DNA of 27,794 bases, taken from assembly GCA_016787105.1 (NCBI GenBank), contig JAEUVI010000341.1, positions 1 to 27,794 of the forward strand, given 5' to 3'. How positions within the stretch are numbered: the first letter of the stretch is position 1; every line of letters begins with the position of its first letter. Of the stretch, positions 25,245 to 27,794 are shown one piece after another. A program made the translations under genes and the position numbers. Origin of the DNA: Chitinophagaceae bacterium. Lineage in GTDB: Bacteria > Bacteroidota > Bacteroidia > Chitinophagales > Chitinophagaceae. The notes under the pieces are model-generated. The model worked only from the letters and a program-made list of their open reading frames with translations. It made no database searches and was not told the origin of the DNA.

Positions 25245-26444
25245 ATGAGTGCACCTGTATATATTGCCGGTACTGGCGTTATTTCGGCTATTGGCGATAA
25301 TAGTGCCGCCTGTCTTGCTGCGCTTGAAAATGAACAGGCCGGTATGGCTGAAATGCGGATACTGGATTCCATTCATCGTAACCGCTTACCTGTCGCAGAA
25401 GTTAAATGGACAAATGAGCAACTCGCATCGCTGGCAGGAATGAAACCGCATATCAGCCGTACAGCATTACTCAGTTGTATCGCCGCGAAAGAAGCGCTTC
25501 ACGATGCAGGTATTGAAAATTTTTCTTCGCTGCGCACTGGTTTTATTTCCGCCAATACAGTTGGCGGCATGGATAAAACAGAAAATTTTTTCAAGGACTT
25601 TTTAGCAGATCCGAAAAAAGGTAAACTACGCGATGTCATCAATCACGAATGCGGGGCAGCGACAGAACTGGTGGCCGATGAATTAGGAATAAAAAATTAT
25701 GTTTCTACTATCAGCACAGCCTGTTCATCATCCGCAAACAGTATTTTTTTTGGCGCAAGATTAATCAGGCAGAATATACTTGATGTAGTGATTGCCGGCG
25801 GTACGGATGCTCTTGCAAAATTTACATTAAATGGTTTCAATACATTGATGATACTGGATCAGCAATATTGCCAGCCATTTGATGAAAACAGGAGAGGATT
25901 GAATCTTGGCGAAGGAGCTGGCTATGTTGTGTTGGTTTCAGAAAAAATAGCTGCTGCTTTAAAGAAAAAACCATTCAGCAGGTTAAGTGGCTATTGCAAT
26001 GCAAATGATGCTTATCACCAGACAGCATCTTCGCCCGATGGTACAGGATCATTTTTAGCGATGAAAGGCGCATTGGCTAAAAGTGGCTTGCAGCCAGCTG
26101 ATATTAATTACATTAACCTGCACGGTACCGGTACGCAGAACAATGATATAGCAGAAGGTACAGCAATAAAGATTTTGTTTGAACCTGCTTATCCGCAGAT
26201 GAGTTCCACCAAGTCATTTACAGGGCACACATTAGGTGCAAGCGGCGCGATAGAAGCTGTGTTTTCTGTATTGGCGATTCGCGATGGATTGATTTATCCC
26301 AATCTCCGTTTTGAAACACAGATGAAAGAATTGCCATTCGCACCCGCAACAAAATTTAAAAAAGGAGAAAAAATTAATCATGTGTTATCCAATTCATTTG
26401 GATTTGGCGGTAATTGTTCATCATTAATTTTTTCAAAAATATAA
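25245..26444 (+). CDS. Beta-ketoacyl-ACP synthase, intact catalytic triad (probable polyene-elongating KS)
   Basis: ISTACSSS, YINLHGTGT, KSFTGHTLGASG and SNSFGFGG motifs. Confidence 0.92.
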   Translation: MSAPVYIAGTGVISAIGDNSAACLAALENEQAGMAEMRILDSIHRNRLPVAEVKWTNEQLASLAGMKPHISRTALLSCIAAKEALHDAGIENFSSLRTGFISANTVGGMDKTENFFKDFLADPKKGKLRDVINHECGAATELVADELGIKNYVSTISTACSSSANSIFFGARLIRQNILDVVIAGGTDALAKFTLNGFNTLMILDQQYCQPFDENRRGLNLGEGAGYVVLVSEKIAAALKKKPFSRLSGYCNANDAYHQTASSPDGTGSFLAMKGALAKSGLQPADINYINLHGTGTQNNDIAEGTAIKILFEPAYPQMSSTKSFTGHTLGASGAIEAVFSVLAIRDGLIYPNLRFETQMKELPFAPATKFKKGEKINHVLSNSFGFGGNCSSLIFSKI

Positions 26445-26536
26445 GTTAGAGGATAGTAAGGCTGGGTCTGTTATTATGAATAAAGGAAACGAAATATTTA
26501 AAGTGACTTCGACAGGCGGGGAGCGTGTGTTGGTGG

Positions 26537-26571
26537 CCTCCTCCCTTGGAGAAGGTCGGAAGGAGGCCGTT
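26537..26571 (+). repeat. REP-like palindromic element, copy 5
   Basis: cctcctcc-ctt-ggagaagg stem (7 of 8 pairs) followed by tcggaaggaggccgtt; ends 2 nt before the ATG at 26574. Confidence 0.75.
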
Positions 26572-26573
26572 AT

Positions 26574-27611
26574 ATGTATATAAGGTCTGTCGGAAATATC
26601 TCAGCACAATTATCTTTCAGTCAGCTATTGAAAGAGCCTGCTGTATATACTACAAACCGTCTTACATGTATTGAACCGGATTATTCCACCATAGTAGATC
26701 CGAAATTAATCCGTCGCATGAGCCGCATTATCAAAATGGGTGTGGCTGCCGGCATGGAATGCTTAAAAGAAGCAGGTATCAATAATCCTGATGCTATTAT
26801 TACCGGCACTGCTTATGGATGCCTGGCAGATACCGAATCATTTCTCAGTAAAATGGTAGAGAATAAGGAAGAATTGCTCACACCAACAGCGTTTATTCAA
26901 TCTACACATAATACCGTAGGCGCACAGATCGCATTAATGCTGAAATGCCATAATTACAATAACACCTTCGTTCATCGGGGCTTTTCTTTTGAGAGTGCTA
27001 TGCTGGATGCGATTACATTAATCAATGACGGAGATGCAGCATCTGTTTTAGTGGGCGGGGTAGATGAAATAACAAATACCAGTCACCAGTTACTAAGTCG
27101 TTTTGGATTATATAAAACCAATCCTGTTTCATCTGCTTCTATTTTTGAGTCAGAAGGTAAAGGAACGGTTGACGGAGAAGGGGCTGCCTTTTTTCTCCTG
27201 GATAAAAAAGCTTCAGGAAATGATTATGCAGCGCTAAAAGCATTGCATACTTTTTATAAACCTGCGGGTAAAAGTGTAGTTGAAAAAAACATCTCTGATT
27301 TTCTGGCAATGCAATCTGTTGATGCAAATGATATTGATCTTATAATTACTGGCAAGAACGGTGACAGAAAAAATGACGAAGTATATGAGCAGTTATCTGC
27401 TTCGTTGTTTAAAAACAAAGTCTCAGTTAACTACAAGCATTTGTGTGGCGAATACCCTACCTCATCAGCCTTTGCACTCTGGCTTGCTGCGAACTGTATA
27501 AAGACAGGCATTATACCTGGGTTACCTACTGCAAAAAAACCTTCAACGATATTAATCTATAACAACTATCTCAGTATCCATCATTCTTTATACCTGCTTT
27601 CGGCATGTTGA
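26574..27611 (+). CDS. Beta-ketoacyl synthase chain-length factor (non-catalytic KS partner)
   Basis: RRMSRIIKMG, PTAFIQSTHN and GEGAAFF motifs with no catalytic Cys motif; follows an active KS. Confidence 0.85.
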   Translation: MYIRSVGNISAQLSFSQLLKEPAVYTTNRLTCIEPDYSTIVDPKLIRRMSRIIKMGVAAGMECLKEAGINNPDAIITGTAYGCLADTESFLSKMVENKEELLTPTAFIQSTHNTVGAQIALMLKCHNYNNTFVHRGFSFESAMLDAITLINDGDAASVLVGGVDEITNTSHQLLSRFGLYKTNPVSSASIFESEGKGTVDGEGAAFFLLDKKASGNDYAALKALHTFYKPAGKSVVEKNISDFLAMQSVDANDIDLIITGKNGDRKNDEVYEQLSASLFKNKVSVNYKHLCGEYPTSSAFALWLAANCIKTGIIPGLPTAKKPSTILIYNNYLSIHHSLYLLSAC

Positions 27612-27794
27612 ATTTCAGGAATACCAATATTGTCTTTGTCGTGCTGCTGGCCGCGATGATCATTTATGATGTAAACAATCCATTGTCTTTTTACTGGTAC
27701 ATCATCGCAGGTATAGTTTATTCGCTTATCCTTTTCTGGGGAAGTTATGATGTGGGATCAAATTTTTATTTTGATATAATCTGTTCTGCTAAAA
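27605..27794 (+). CDS. N-terminus of a probable membrane-anchored polysaccharide deacetylase; truncated by the window edge
   Basis: Manual translation MLNFRNTNIVFVVLLAAMIIYDVNNPLSFYWYIIAGIVYSLILFWGSYDVGSNFYFDIICSAK is open to the window end and overlaps the CLF stop by 7 nt. The product is inferred from the two-TM start, the GSY..SNFY..C pattern and the usual cluster context; the catalytic domain is not visible. Confidence 0.6.
   Translation, partial: MLNFRNTNIVFVVLLAAMIIYDVNNPLSFYWYIIAGIVYSLILFWGSYDVGSNFYFDIICSAK

Noticed and set aside
11644-26571. CRISPR array or IS element as the explanation for the repeats
   Set aside because: Copies are dispersed, divergent and not regularly spaced; no cas or transposase gene and no clear target-site duplications.
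26561-26574. AGGAGG in the repeat tail as a Shine-Dalgarno site for the CLF gene
   Set aside because: It is part of the repeat, its spacing to the start codon varies widely among copies 2, 4 and 5, and Bacteroidota generally do not use SD pairing.
963-27327. The many 60-130 aa ORFs overlapping assigned genes (e.g. 10232-10615, 17521-17832, 19762-20112, 25059-25376)
   Set aside because: Antisense or alternative-frame shadows with no motifs or independent expression signals.
1-27794. tRNA, rRNA or riboswitch genes
   Set aside because: Intergenic gaps are short (about 200 nt or less) and none shows a cloverleaf or recognisable aptamer by eye; an Infernal/Rfam scan would be decisive.

Overview
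The window lies almost entirely within one Bacteroidota (probably Chitinophagaceae-like) flexirubin-type gene cluster, i.e. aryl-polyene plus dialkylresorcinol (DAR) biosynthesis. The cluster runs off both ends of the window. On the left, a minus-strand unit encodes a secreted hypothetical protein, DarA and DarB; darB is truncated at base 1 and missing from the ORF track. An outer-membrane beta-barrel gene with its own terminator follows. A long plus-strand run then encodes, in order: GT2-DUF2062, an MMPL-acyltransferase-methyltransferase fusion, a CrtI/RetSat-like oxidoreductase, a C45 Ntn-hydrolase, AcpS, an aryl-CoA ligase, an FjTAL-like ammonia-lyase, an FkbM methyltransferase, a ketoreductase, a ketosynthase (KS), an ACP, an LpxL-like acyltransferase, a dehydratase, a secreted hypothetical protein, a thioesterase, a second KS, an O-methyltransferase-family enzyme, a flavin-dependent halogenase, a small KS-like protein, a second ACP, a third KS, a chain-length factor (CLF) and the start of a probable polysaccharide deacetylase. 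The system class is known. The open questions are the extra tailoring and lipid-anchoring enzymes, which known flexirubin structures do not obviously need, and a family of short palindromic repeats in the intergenic gaps that also supplies the 3' ends of two genes. All family assignments come from motif recognition by eye; no database searches were run.
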